Assembly: GCF_009834535.1 (NCBI RefSeq)
Contig: NC_045697.1
Location: 31,994,001 to 32,058,000, forward strand
Length of the DNA stretch: 64,000 nucleotides
Direction of reading: 5' to 3'
From: Camelus ferus
Lineage: Eukaryota
The first letter of the stretch is position 1, and each line of letters starts with the position of its first letter. The position numbers and the translations under genes are program-made. Positions 14,131-28,070 of this stretch are shown one piece after another. The notes beneath the pieces are model-generated. The model made no database searches, was not told the DNA's origin, and was given only the letters and a program-made list of their open reading frames with translations.

Positions 14131-15731
14131 CGGCAGCAATCACTGTTCTATTTAGGCATCTGCTCTTATTCCAGTTTCCTATTATTCACTCTAAGCTTCA
14201 AAATGCCTACACTGCTCCCTCCAAAAACTGCAATATCATTGTGACATTGAATAAATGAATCTGTTTTCAACATTGTCAAGAGCAGCACAGCTCTCCCAAA
14301 ATTATTTTGTACAAAGGGCAGAGAATTTCCACAAACTGGAATATAGGAAGAAGCATAAGGAAGTCCAACAAGGATTCCCCTAGTTATTTCAAACTCCCAC
14401 ATTTAAAAAAAAATTCTAAATTTTAGAACAAAAATCTATGTTCTAGAGCAAAAACTGAATTCACAAAGGTAAAGCACACCTGGCATTTGAATATACAGCA
14501 AAAAAGACTTAATTGCAGAACAGCAACAAAATACAGGATAATTCAGCAAGTTACAGTTTCACTTCTTAGATTTTAGTCATGCTGCTATTTGATTTTTCAT
14601 TTTATTACCTCTGAATTTAAGCCTTTCAACCTCAAATGCTTATTTTCTCTTTTAAGCACAGACCTTAGCTCAACAGAGTAATTAATATGAACAATAATCT
14701 ATTCTTGCAAACATTTCAAGACTCTATTTCCTCTTGGCATTAGAGTCCTTAACAGAGTATCAGTATTTAATCACTATTTAATTGAAACTGTCAAATGACA
14801 TTTAAATATATTAGAAAGAATAAAAATGCACAAATCCACACTTTAGAAAATTAAAAAAGAAAGAAAACTACATAGAGAAAAAGACTATTAACCACTATGT
14901 GAATTTCAGCAAATCTCTGGAGTCCCAGAAGCCAACTTACACAGAAGCTAATAAAGATTAAGCTCCAAGGCTCCCCTCTAGGCCCTAGGAGGAACCCTAG
15001 CAGTGGATTTACACTGAGAGTTTCATAAAATTTGCGAACGATATTTTAAGTGTAATTGATTCTAATTGCTGTCTTTCCCCGTGTTGATTTCTGTCACATT
15101 GAAGTGTCTGTGAACACTTCAGGAATCTGGCCGGGGGAATTTGAATTAGGAATGTATGTTGTCTCATATACTGTAATGATTTTAAGTAGCTTCCATTAGA
15201 TTACCCATCTCAGCATACAAAGGCTTCCAAGAAAACTCCTACTGTCCACCGGCACAACAAATTTGTAACACAACGGCACAGACTTAAGATTACATTGTGA
15301 CATAATTGTGTCCTTTGGCACCCACAACTAAAAGTATGTGTTCAGTGAAGGAGAAATAAGATTGAAAATGAATGGAGCCAGAAGCTAATCTTTGGGAAAT
15401 TCTTTCATTTATCAAACATTTGGATGCAAAATTGAAAATGGAAAATCTATCAACACCTGGGTAAAACTGAAGACCTAGCTTGTCAAGATACTCAACAATG
15501 CAGCCTGTATAAAAGTATCAAAGCCTATCTTGGCAGGGCTGGAGTTGAGCAAAATGGAATTTATCAGAATTACTCTCTTTGCTGATCATAATGTGAGTAC
15601 ATCTGTGTGTGATGCATCCCAATAATAAAAAATATATTCCAACCATTCATGCAAGAGGAAAAGTTGAAGTATCTATCTTTTCCATAGAAAATATTACAAA
15701 ACCATTTTAGTAGGTGGCAGGTGGGGGGCCT

Positions 15732-16123
15732 CTATTAGTCAGCTAGGGCTGCCACAACAAAATCCTACAGATTGGGGGGTGAGGGGGGCTGAAACAACAT
15801 ACATTTATTTTCTCACAGTTCTGGAGATTAGAAGTCCAACACCAGGGTGTCAGCTGGTTTGGTTTCTCCCCAGGCCTCTCTCCTTGCCTTGCAGATGGCG
15901 GTCTTGTCACTGAGTCTTCACATGGCCTTTCCTCGGTGAGCACATGTCCCTAGTGTCCCTTTGTGTGTCCTAATCTCCTCTTCTTAAAAGGATACCAGTC
16001 AGATTGGATTAGGGCCCACCCTCAAGGTCTAATTTGAACTTAAAGGCCCTATCTTCATTCTGAGATACTGAGGGTGCAGGTCTCCATATACAAATTTGGG
16101 GGGAGTACAATTCAGCCCGTAAC
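15732..16123 (-). mobile_element. MLT1A/B-type solo LTR
   Basis: tattagtcagctagggctgccacaacaaa...tttctcacagttctggagattagaagtcc...ggattagggcccaccctc...acaattcagcccgtaaca. Confidence 0.88.
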
Positions 16124-16194
16124 AGACACTAAGAGTATGCAGCCATAAAATGTAATGAAAAAGGTAACCTTTGTAGGCAATTAATTATTTTTTA

Positions 16195-16395
16195 AATCTT
16201 ATTTTTTTATTGAAGTGTTGTCGATGAATAATGTTACTTTCATGTGTACAGCAAAGCGATTCAGTTACACATATACAAACATGTATACTTTTTTCAGATT
16301 CTTTTCCATTATGGCTCATTACAAGAAACTGAACATAGTTCCCTGTGCTCTACAGTAGGTCCTTGTTGTTTATCTATTTTATATATAGTAATGTC
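16195..16395 (-). mobile_element. L1 3' end fragment
   Basis: tttttttattgaagtg...gtgtacagcaaagcgattcagttac...atagttccctgtgctctacagtaggtccttgttgtttatctatttt; degenerate flanking repeat aggcaattaattatttt/aagcaatgaataatttt. Confidence 0.85.
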
Positions 16396-19300
16396 TTTAA
16401 GCAATGAATAATTTTTAAGTATTTTGTTTCCATGGATTTCGAGATGTTTCTAGCATTTGTCACCCTTTTCAAACATGCAATTTGTTGCCATTTATTTTCT
16501 CATGTGAAAGATACATTCACTTTTGTACCAGTTTTTGTAACCATAATTTATTTTGGATTCCTTCAAGAGAGCTGCTTGCCTCCCATAATGCACTGGATTC
16601 AGTCCCTACAAAATCAGGATCCACTCTCATCTCACAGGTTCAATATCTTTAAAGATTCAACTGGTTAAGCTCTAAAATAGAAAGCATTTTATTGACATCG
16701 AAAAATGTGTAGTTTCCATTTCAATATAAGGTATCTGCAGTTTGCAAAGAAATGGTCACCTCTGAAATGTCATATATTCAAACTGTTACCTAGAAGGTCA
16801 TAAAAAGGTTTTTTTTCCTAATATTCAGCTTCCTTAAATCTAGACATTAAATTCCTCTGTGTTCTTGTTATATTTCATGTCTTGTTCCTACCTCTATACA
16901 TAAAGGTCCTAAGTAGAAAAATGTTTAAATACCATTTTCCAACGCCTATGAAGAAAATGTTGCCCGTGACACCAACAATATCTACATGAACCTGACCTTG
17001 CCAAGAAGACAAATCAGTATGACATTTAACATTTCTATATTATAGTCTATACATCATTCTTTAATGGGACACTAATGGGGTAAACTTGTGTAGAGTTTCT
17101 CCTGGATTACCAGCATGCCCTTGAGTATGACCGAAATTTTGCCTTAAGTCCAAGGAGATAGAATCCAGAAGAGGAAACAAACTGAATGACCTCAAAAGCT
17201 GGCCTATTTGACAGATAAGCAGGGGGATAATGAGATAGAGAAATTAAGGAGCTGATTTATAAAATCCTCGTGTTTTGCATTTCAAAAAATCCCCTAACTC
17301 ACACTCAGTCAAGATTCTATCATTTTATGTTTAATTTCATGTTTGAAGTCACATAAAAGTAATGAAGCTTGTCAAGTCATCTCACTTTAAACATTCCCTG
17401 AAATGTTGAGAAGAATATAGGTCAGATTTCAGGTGCTAAATACCTCTCTTGTTTCATAATAATCACAGTTCACCTTCACTTGGCAGGGTTTGAAGTAAAA
17501 TATTTGGGGTTTCTGAGCACAAAGCTGCTTTGAAAAGCCTCAAGAAATTTCAGTTCAAAGTAGATAACTGCAATTTTATTTTTCTAAATCTAAATTTCAT
17601 GAGCTTCTTAATTTAGGTCTGGATTTCTACTGTCTTTGATCTAATATTAATGACCAAATATATACCAGCTTTTGTTCCAACCAAAACCACAGCAGAAAAA
17701 GGATTTAAAACACTCACGCATGATCACAGGTTAATTAAAAAAAAAAAAAAAGTCAGTTGCAAAAATGTGTTCCTTTTAAGGGTCAAAGATCTCCTCAGCC
17801 AGGTCTTTAAAATCAAGAACGAGTAGAATAGGGCATGGTCATAGTTAGTGTCACTCTTCTAATATACTTCTGTTTTCTCCTCTGGAACTCTACTCAAACA
17901 GCCTCACATACCATGAAAAACATATTATTCATTTTTATCTTAACCCAGGATAAAAACCAAAAAGTTTCTTAGTGGTGGTCAATGCTAATTTCTGGATCAA
18001 TTAATCAATCATCCCTCTGGCTATGAGTCTTTGAAGAGTTGCCCAGTTTCCTCCAGAGAACAACCAATAGTATGATTTATCTCATTAGCATGGTCTGTCT
18101 CATTCCAAAGCATGTCTTTATACTCTGAGCCACTCTTCTAACAAGTTTTGGTTGGCGGGAAGTAGGCAAGAGTAGAAGAAATGGGTGGCTATGTTAGAAG
18201 ACCGGCATGATTATTTTGACAGCCCTGCTTTGAGATCAACTTATATTTTTCATCTCTTTATAAAGTTATAGCCAATAGAAAAATGTATCATGTCTCCTCT
18301 AGATTGATACATTTCTGCTTTCTTCATACTCGTCCAGTACCTACTTCTTCTTCCCACCCTGGGACAGCATCCAAGGATGAGGAGGTGAAAATACAGTGAA
18401 TATCAGTTCTGAGGTTCTGAGATTACAATAGAAAATGGACAAATCTGTGGTAGTCAGCACAGTATGAAGAGTATATAATGGTTGTCTTTCAGGAACTAAA
18501 TATAGTCTGGAGAGTTAACGTCAAAGCATAATTTTATGCACTGAAAGATACGGTTCTTCTCTTAACTCAAACATGATCTATAAAACATCAAATCTAAGAC
18601 AGGATTTAGGAGCATAAATATCTATGGGAATGACAGCTTTGACCAAAAAAAAAAAAAAAAAAACCCAGTTGAAGCAAAATTTTTGAAGGAAATTCAAGTG
18701 ATTCAAGTGAATCCCATCTGTGCTTCTTGCCACATTATTTTTATCCTCAAATTTACATATTGTATTTACAAATGTTTCTGTTCTCAGGTTAATTTTAAGA
18801 ACTCAAGTTGAGTATTTAAATGTTTGAATTAAGCATAACAACTAAATAAATAAGAGAACACAAATCTTGGATGTTAAATGCAGATAGATGACTAATTTTT
18901 TTTCTTAATTCTCAGCCAACCCTTGGGTTCAGCTCCATCTGTCTAATAGTCCACAAGAAACAGCCATTGTATTGTCCAACCACCACCCCATGATTCTCTG
19001 AATATGTTACTTTTTGTTCCTCAAAAAAGTACTGCTTTACATTGTTTCCTTACTTTAATATTATCAATTTTTTTCAATTATTTAAAACACAAATTTCAGC
19101 ATCTTCGTTCTCTCATTCATTCCTTTCACCCCCAAATAAGTTCTGAAGATACTGCCTTTAAAAAATATCCTCTTTTATTAACTTAGTCAAGATTCTCATC
19201 ATTATCATCTCAATCACTATAATAAACTCCTAATTCATTTTAATGCTTCAAAGACTACCTCTTTCCAGTTACCCTGATAGAGTCATCACATTAATTTTTT

Positions 19301-19494
19301 TTAATTCACTGTTTTCATCATGACATTTCATCCCCCTGGATCAAATCCTTCAATAATTCTTCATCACCTACTGAAACAATTTTAAGATTTCTAGTCTGTT
19401 ACCTACTTCCTCACTACCTATTAAATTCTCATATTTCAAGAGTTAATCTGGCCTCACCTCTTCTCCAATTTTTCTTTATCCCTGTATCATTGGA

Positions 19495-19660
19495 AGCAGT
19501 GCAGTCAAGTAGGAAATATATACCCTGGGGTTTCAGGAAGGACAAGTTAAATTCTCAAAACTTGGCCTCATTATCTGCATTACAGGGGATAATAAAACCA
19601 AACTCATATGGCCAATGAAAGATTAAATAAAACAGTGTATGCAAAGAACTAGCATGGACA
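19495..19660 (+). mobile_element. MIR fragment
   Basis: ggacaagttaaattctc...ggcctcattatctgc...ggggataataa...gattaaataaaacagtgtatgcaaag. Confidence 0.55.
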
Positions 19661-21069
19661 AGTGATTTTACTTGGCAGACTACTAATCCATATTTCCAAA
19701 TATAATAATAAAGTGTTAAAATTATGATCTTGATTTAATACATATTAATATTTATTAAATAGAAAAGAAATCTCTGTAGCAAAGTTTTATTACTGCTTTA
19801 CATTCCTGTTCTATGAGCTTTTTGAAAATTAATAATTTATAGCTGGTGTATATCCTGCATTTAACTAGAATTCTTTATTAACAAAACAAACAAACAAAAA
19901 CAATCCCCTCAAATGATATATCCCCAAATAGCCAGACAGAATTTAATATATTTAATAGTCAAGAAATGAGTGTGAAGATTTGTGAATTCAGAAAGATGTG
20001 AATAGATGATTTCTAACCATCCTTTTTGGCGTTATGATTCTTCTAAGAAAAATGATTGACACAGAAGAAAATGACATTTTTATATATCCAAAGGAGACAC
20101 CAAGCAGCTCCTCCAAGACAGAACTGTCACCCAGCATAGAGCTGTGCTGGGACAATGGTCCACACCCTCTACCGGGTGGGAAGACATCTGCTGACTCAAG
20201 TGGTCCGGCTGTAAGAGGCACAGTGGTAGCCATGTTGGCACCCACTTGAAAAAATCATAAGGAACTGATGGGCTAAGAGGGACATTCAGAAATGAAGAAA
20301 TAATATTGAAGTGGTAGCTTGGGAGCTATCGTTAGTTTGCCCCAAAATAATCATTTTAAGGGACATAATTTTACCAACCGGATAGAGGTCACAGTACTAG
20401 CAATTTCAACCGTGTAGAGAAATACGCTCAAGAATCTGCAGAAAAAAAATAGCTTCTAGCCATCTTTATTAGAGAAAGAATTGAATAACTTTCTTTATCA
20501 GTTTTCCAGCTTACAGAATATTTTTAAAAAGCAAAGGAATGAAATAAGTCATAGAGCAAAACATTTAGGAAACAGAAAGAAAAAATAATTACCAACTGAA
20601 TGCCTGACATAAAGGACAATAAGAGAAAAAGCAAAAAAATCCAAAGCACAGCATGCTGGGGCTTTTATTACAAGTTCTCTCAGCCTTATATTCAATTGCT
20701 CCAGGGGCTTCACTTAATTTATTAATAGTACAATAAAATGACTAGTATTCCCAATGAAGAACCTTCTTAATTTTAATCATCCTCCAAAAAACACTTCCTA
20801 AAATATACTGCACAATTTCCTCCCTTATTATACATATTACACCAATTCTAATATAACCTTTTTCTTTTTTTCTTGAGATATTGCTATAAAATACCTAAAA
20901 TACTTAAATACTCAGAATAAAAAATATGATCTCTTTTTATTCTGTAAATTATACAGAAATTGTGTTCAAGCTAATAACTATAGCCCTCTTGTTTGATAGA
21001 TCTCAACATCACTCTGGATTAATGCCTAGTGGCAAATATTGGCTAATTATGAAGCCAATCACAGTAGTT

Positions 21070-21230
21070 AACAATCACATATTGAACATTCCTATGGTCC
21101 AATACTGGGTCATACTCTTTGCCTCTTTTATCTTATTTCATAGTCTCAATAATTTTTATGATATAACTACAATTATTCTCATTTTACAATTGAGAAAACT
21201 GAAGCATACAAAGGTTAATTAATCTCTCCA
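21070..21230 (-). mobile_element. MIR fragment
   Basis: attattctcattttacaattgagaaaactgaagcatacaaaggttaattaa. Confidence 0.65.
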
Positions 21231-21669
21231 TGTTTTTAAGGAAAAGGGACAATAGTATATATGTTGTGATCCCTTAATTTGTCATTTTCCAAGATATTTG
21301 TTCAAAGTAATGAGTATTAATATAATTAAGAGTTTCTGACATCAAACACATTTAGGGAACTTATGGTTAGGTTCAATAGATTTTACACAGGACTTCTGAA
21401 TGACTTTAACTGGGGCACTAAGTCTCCAAGAAGGGTGCATAAAATATTCAGTCAATCCCACAATTACTTGATAACACACTCCATTCTTCTCAGAGCATCT
21501 TGAAAAATTAGTTTTTCTTGGAACAAACTTGGGGACGCACTTACTTATAAAAAGTACCAATAACTGTTTTCAAACACTAATTAGTCCTTGATATAAACCT
21601 GAGAATATAATGCCAAAAAACACAATTTAAAAAATAATTGTATGTTTTTCCAAATATAGTACACACGAC

Positions 21670-22125
21670 ATTATGGGTTGAATTGTGTCCTCCAAAGAAG
21701 ATATGTTGAAATTCTAACCCCCAAGCCTTCAGAACATTACCCTATTCAAAAACACAGTTGTAACCAATGTATTAGCTAAGAAGAGGTCATCTTGGAGTAG
21801 GCTAGACCCTTATTCTGATGTGACTAGTGTTCTTATAGGAGGGACAGGAAGGAGAATGCCTCGTGAAGACACACAGACACACCAGGAAAACTCCACGTGA
21901 TGACAGAGGCTGCAGTTGCAAGCCAAGCAATGCCAAGGACTGACATCCACCAACAGATGCAATGAACAGGCAAGGAAGGATTCTACTCAGTGTCTCAGGA
22001 GAGCATGGCCCTGCAGATACCTTGATTTTGAACTTCTCCAGAACTGCAAGAGAATAAATTGCTGTTGTTTTAAGCCACCTAGTTTATGGTACTTTGTTAC
22101 AGAAGCTCAAAGGAAACCAATACAC
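21670..22125 (+). mobile_element. MLT1C-like solo LTR
   Basis: ttatgggttgaattgtgtcctcc...caagccaagcaatgccaagga...ctccagaactgcaagagaataaattgctgttgttttaagccacctagtttatggtactttgttacag...aaccaataca. Confidence 0.88.
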
Positions 22126-23514
22126 ACAGGTTACAAGAAGATAAAATTTTGATACTTTGAACGTGGGATAAAATTTAGAATACTTAGAGTAGAGCACTAT
22201 GTAACGATCGGACAGATTAAACAATCAGGAAAGAGACTTGAGAGCAGATATTCATGTGGCCAACTGAGAAGAGATCTACTTGTTTACATTAAATTTTTAA
22301 ATTAATCTAAAGTAACTAATATCTGTCTGAAATTCCACGTTTCCTTATCTGGAAAATGGGGTTAGTGGCTCATACAAGGTTATGATGGTGATTAACGGAT
22401 ACGTAGTATTTGGAAGCAATCAAGATGTGTTATTATATTAGCTACTTTATACTATCAAATTATCTCTCCAGCCAGAGACTTTGAGTTAGCTCAGAGAACT
22501 CCAAAGTCACTGAAAAAGTGTTCTTCTAGAGAAGGAAGAACACATACTCATCACTAAGTTCCCAAGTTATAATATAATTTTTCAAATACGGTATCTGTAA
22601 AATACTGTGCATCAGCTTAATGTCTCAGGAGCACTTGCACAACTTCTAAAAGCAATGGATTTATTAGAAGACAGCAAGCCATACAGCTTTGAAAATTAGC
22701 CTTCTATGAAAGGAATTCCTATAAGATTTGCTCCTTTGATAGACATAGCAGGCAGACCATGGCCTAAGATTACACATTTTAAGAGTATTTAATTGGACAG
22801 AACAATCTCCAAGTATATAATGGAATGAGAAAGGAAGCACTTACTACAATGACACTCAAAATAAAATTTAAAATTAATACTATCATTTTTCTAGCCATAC
22901 TGTCAATTAGTTAAATTTTTAATATGATGTAAAAGCTATTTGCCTGAGACTGCATGTAGGTAGGTAGTTTTTATTTTTTTAAATGGCTGGTCCAAAGCAC
23001 AAAAATACCCTTCTCTTACAATTCAACAAATACCTTTTGCTCATAATTCTAATTCCTTTCTCCCAGTCATCTTTTCTTTGTCAAGATCACACTTTCCTGC
23101 TATTGAAATTTATTCATTAGTGCAGAATCTATAAAATGAATAGATAATGCAATAAAATACTGCCTGTATTCCACCTGGAAGTCACTCCCAAGTAAACGAT
23201 GTTTATTCTGTCTTTACATTTTGCTGTTTAGTATCATAAATTCTTTAGTAATAGTACCTATTACATCTCAAGCCAATGTAAACATATTGCATCAATATAT
23301 GGAAGGCCCTCAAAGAGATAAATTTACTGTATAATTTACCTCAACTGACAGGGAAAAATATGAGCATATTTAAACGAGTCAGAATAACGTATTTGTTAAA
23401 ATTTATCAAATGCCTATATATGACACAGTAATATCTAACTAAATTAGCATCCTTAGAAAATGAGCAATTCCATGGAAATAAATTTCCCAGGTAACTGAAA
23501 CTTGCAACTTTATT

Positions 23515-23986
23515 ATTTTTTTTATTAAAATATAGTTAGCTTACAATATTACATTAGCTTCAGGTATAAAGCATAGTGATTCAGTATTTTTATAAATTAT
23601 ACTCAATTAAATGTTATCCCAAGATAATGGCCATAATTCCCTGTGCTACACACTATATCCTTGTTGCTTATCCATTTTACACATATTAGTCTGTACCTTT
23701 TATCTCTTATTCCTATATTGCCCCTCCCCACTGCCCTCTCCCCACCGGTAACCACTAATTTGTTCTCTACATTTGTGAGTCTGCTTCCTTTTTATTATTT
23801 TCACTAGTTTGTTTTATTTTTCAGATTCTAGATGGAAGTGATATCATATAGTATTTGTCTTCCTCTGTTATTTCACTTAGCATAATGCCATCCAAGTCCA
23901 TCCATATCACTGCAAATGGCAAGACTTCATTATTTTTTATGGCTGAATAGTATTCCATTGGGTATATGGAATATATATGTGCATTC

Positions 23987-24023
<37 letters not shown>

Positions 24024-24407
24024 CACATCTTCTTTATTCATTCATCAGTTGATGAACAGTTAGGTTGCTTCCATATCTTGGCAATTGTAAATAATCCTGC
24101 TATGAACACTGAGGTACATCTATTATTTCAAATTAGTGTTTTTGTTTTTATTTTCAGATATACACCCAGGAATTTCTGGGTCATATGGAAGTTCTATTTT
24201 TAGTTTTTTGAGAAACTTCCATACAAATAAACAAAGGGGATCTAATTAAACTTAAAAGCTTTTGCACAGCAAAGACAACCATTGACAAAACAAAAAGACA
24301 ACCTACTGAATGGGAGAAAATATTTGCAAATGATATGACCAATAAGGGGTTAATATCCAACACTTATAAATAGCTCATACAACTCAACATCGCAAAAGCA
24401 AACAACC
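23515..24407 (-). mobile_element. L1 3' part (minus, 23515-~24223) joined to an inverted ORF2 segment (plus, ~24224-24407)
   Basis: PolyT tail followed by reverse L1 3' UTR/ORF2 up to gagaaacttccatac, then forward aaataaacaaaggggatctaattaaacttaaaagcttttgcacagc...caactcaacatcgcaaaagcaaacaacc. Confidence 0.88.
23991..24020. repeat. (TG)15 microsatellite within the L1
   Basis: Direct read. Confidence 0.95.
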
Positions 24408-24411
24408 TACA

Positions 24412-24724
24412 TATGCTGGGTTGAATCAGACAGAATCAGGCAGAGACAGATAGAGAGATTAATTTGAAATATTACTCTGCTGGGTTTAAAGATGGAAGGG
24501 GTCCAAGAACCAAACAATACAGGCAGGTTTCTAGAAGCTAGAAAAAGCAAGGAAAAGAGATTGTCCACTAGAGCCTCCTCTAAAAGAAACACAGCCCTGC
24601 TGACACAAATTTTAGCCCAAAGAGACCCATTTCAGACTTCTGAACTCCAGAAGTATAAGATGTATATTGTTTTAAGCCACTAAGTTTGTGGTAATTTGTT
24701 ACAGCAGTAATAGAAAACTAATAT
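24412..24724 (+). mobile_element. MLT1D-like LTR (internally deleted)
   Basis: tgctgggttgaat...ctgggtttaaagatggaagggg...ctagaagctagaaaaagcaaggaaa...ttttaagccactaagtttgtggtaatttgttacagcagtaatagaaaactaata. Confidence 0.82.
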
Positions 24725-25344
24725 GTTGGTCTTCACAGAGTACTGAAAAAACACTGAAAAAGTACAAAATATTGAGATTTTTTTTTATTATTATTACTCA
24801 CCATGACCAAAGGAGAGAGACTCTGAAGTACACTAGTTATTGGAAAAGTATACTCTTCTTGGTCAGGAGACCTTTGTGGATCAATAAGCAACTTGGATTA
24901 AAAAAAAAAAATAAATCCCACGAAACAATGCAATTCCCTTTGATCTGCTTCAGTGCTCCCCTTACAAACTTTTAGTGACCAAATTGGTTTCCAGGGTGTA
25001 AAATAAGATGAGAGGCCTCTGAGTCGTGAATTGTAACATAAAAATGGCACTGTTTCCACTAGACATCAGATAAAAAGTCGGAAGCATCTCCTGATCCTTT
25101 TGAGTCCATTTAAAATAACGTATCCTAACAAATTGTCTGGCCCCCCCATAGCCGAGGATTAGAATGATGGCCACTCTTTCTGAGGCCATGAGTCCTTTGC
25201 AACACTTTCACCTCACTTTTCTTTTTTTATTTTGACACTTACTTGCATAGATATACTGTAAAATATTTGAAATATTTAAAAATATTCAATATTTAATAAT
25301 TAAATATTTAAACAATTCAGGGGAATTATTGCAGTAGCATAAAG

Positions 25345-25530
25345 ATAGTAAATATATGTTGAGGGCTTACTATATGCCAGGCATGCTACTATGAATATTT
25401 AGAATCATAATCTCTTTTAATCCTCAAAATAATATCTGAAGCATCTCACAGTGAAGAAATGATACTGAGAGCACACAACGAATAAGGAGCCAGAAGTTGA
25501 ATCCTTGTGTGTCTGACTTCAAAGCCCCAA
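25345..25530 (-). mobile_element. MIR SINE
   Basis: ttgagggcttactatatgccaggcatgct...tttaatcctcaaaataa...gtctgacttcaaagccc. Confidence 0.7.
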
Positions 25531-27889
25531 GCTCCAAATTCCAATCCCTGTAACATAACAATGATGTTGGAGGCGACTTATGGCTTTTCACTCCCAGACC
25601 AAATTGTCCCTGAGAGCTAGATATTCGACATCTTCCCTGGTTTTTTCCTAGCTTATTATCAGAATCTAATGTATAGCTCCCATAGAAATTAGAAAACAAA
25701 GTTTATTAAAAAGCATGACCAAATTATAGCTCATAGGTGATTACTTCAGGAGAGCACTTTATCTACAAATTGTCTTTGATGAAACATGAGCCTTGAGAAT
25801 TATTTTAAGATAAAATAATAACATTATCTATTCTAGTAAATTATTGACTCAATGAGCTTGCCACACTGTTTTATACTCCTGGGTAATATGTTTTTTCTTG
25901 TTAGATAACATACTATCTGCAGTAAAGATCCAGGCATTACTTGGGTTTGTATCCCTGTCTATTGCAGATCCTTGAGAAAAACCTCCTCCATGAAGTCTGA
26001 AAAACACACCAGTGATGCCCACTGGGAACAAGTCTCCCTTCCTGCAGGAAGCTGGAAGTACTGACAGGCTGTGTAAATCGTTCCTATTGTCTAAACAAGC
26101 TGTCCAAAGGTCTGTGAGCCTTTTCCCAAAACTAGAGACTGCATCTTGCAATAAGGAAGGAGAACATCAAATATCCTCCAGTTTCCTAGAAACTGTTTTT
26201 ATATATTTCTATTTAAAAACAGAGATAAATTTTCTCTGGTGCATCACAAGTAAGGTAAGAAAATTACGTTTGAATTTCATCCAAAGATCTAACTTCTCCC
26301 CTGAGATGAAGGAGCCAAAAGATAACTCCTTTGCAACATCCATTCAGAGAGTAATGATAACCTGGAACCTAGACCCACCAGGACAACTGAATAATTTCAC
26401 CTTTAGGCAGAGGACCAGAAGAGGTTTAATTAACTTCTGAATATTGTTTAAGACTGTATTTGATCAGAAAATAAATGAATAGTAAAGCCGCTTTGTCTAG
26501 TCTTTGTCTCTTGACATCCTAAAATTTCTATGTCACTGTAATTTAAAAAATCAAAGCAGAGAGTTTTCCAGAAAGGTCCATCACCCCTGATTTGGGCAAA
26601 TGCTAGACCTATCTAGAGATGACAGCTATTAGCTTTCAATACATACGTGATTTATTAAATGAGTGAATAAATAAATGAATGACAGAAATGTAAGTTGATA
26701 AACCATGTGAAGTTGGAGAAAAGAAAATCAATCTGAATTTGGCCTTATAAAGGCAGTATTTAATTTATCCTTAAAATTCAATTTGTTTAAATGAATATAA
26801 ACCACTAGACCCAAGAACAGGAAAAGCTGATTACAAATGTTAATTAAAAGTATTTAATTTTCTGGGCATGATGAGCTACATGAAGAAATACTATTCACAC
26901 TCAGATAATTCTCAGAGAACTACCAAGCAAGGAAAAAAAGTTAATTTTGTGGCAAATAGAGGTAAACAACTGCTGTTTGCTGTTTAGCCATGCTTATTTA
27001 AGTCTAGTTTTGAATATATGCTATTAGATAAGTAATAACAGAAAAGCCAAGTAAATGTGCAATTGCTAAGTATTTGTTTTCTAACCAAGAAGCTAAAACT
27101 TGTCTTACAACTAACAGTTTAATCTCACCAGTACTGATTGGGTTTATCTAACAAAGCTGATTTAAGTAACTACTGAATTCTAGGCACCCGAGGCTCTGGG
27201 GTCACAAAGATGAGTAAGGTGTGTCCTTCTCCTCGGTAAATGCAGAGCCTAGGAGATCGGACAGGTTCACAAATAATTCCCCTAAACACATTCTGATGAA
27301 TGCTATGATAAAGATCCTTTCCAATGACTGGGCAAGGACCATTAAGGACCATACATTCTGCCTGGGCATTGGCAGAAACTGGCGACAGCTTCACAGAGCA
27401 GGCCACCTCTGCATCTGGCTTTAGAGGATGGCAAATGGAAGGAGCACACACACGAAGAGGCAGCAGGATGAGCGAAGACAAGGATGAAACTCAATGGCAG
27501 CACTACAGAAAGGGAACAGATTGCTCTGGCCAGGGCACAGGATTTATAACGGGCAGTCGTTGGAAACAGGGCAAAAAAAAAATCAGCAAGGGCCAGTGGT
27601 AGAACTGTTGAAATTTCTTCTGTGGCAATAAAATGTGAACTGTAATACTGTCTATTCATAGACCTTTCTGGCCAATTCGAACTTACAACAGAGGTTTTAA
27701 CATTTTCTTGTTTTGGATTCTTATGGTTAAACAAGGGATCAAACTGAGATTAGCAGGCAAGGAGGAAGCTGAGAAAGGATGGGTGAGGGTATTTTTAGCA
27801 GCTTTTACAGAAGATTAGGGCAGTGGGTAAGGGAATAGAGAAAAGAAGAAAGAAGAAAAGCAGGTCTTCCTGAACAACTGAAAGTGGAT

Positions 27890-28070
27890 TACAGTGGACA
27901 AGGCACAGGCTTTGGACTTAGACACGCCTTTGTCAGAATTCCAGCTCCCCAATTACTAGTGTGTTACCTTGTGCAAATCATACTTAACTTCTTTGAGCCT
28001 CAGCCTCCTCATCTGTAAAATAATAACAAATGCTCTGTACCTCCTCAGGTAAATTAAGATAATACACAAA
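27890..28070 (+). mobile_element. MIR SINE
   Basis: ggctttggacttagac...tactagtgtgttaccttgtgcaaat...ctttgagcctcagcctcctcatctgtaaaat. Confidence 0.85.

Larger units (their letters stand above)
14927..16632 (+). mobile_element. Decayed hAT DNA transposon (Tip100/Zaphod/MER115-like) hosting nested MLT1 and L1 insertions
   Basis: Left end cagaagccaacttacacagaagctaataaagattaagctcc, right end aaaatcaggatccactct. Region ~15625-15700 reads, with a frameshift, like a hAT C-terminal dimerisation motif (KNIFQPFMQEEKLKYL...SIEN). Confidence 0.5.

Noticed and set aside
20125..20154. Small hairpin CCCAGCATAG/CTGTGCTGGG
   Set aside because: About a 10-bp stem, too short for a pre-miRNA and plausible by chance in 64 kb.
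25258..25315. Repeated AATATT palindromes
   Set aside because: AT-rich low-complexity sequence without regular periodicity.
26012..26440. 142-aa ORF in apparently unique sequence
   Set aside because: No recognisable homology or coding bias; it is on the opposite strand to KCTD8 and does not resemble exon 2.
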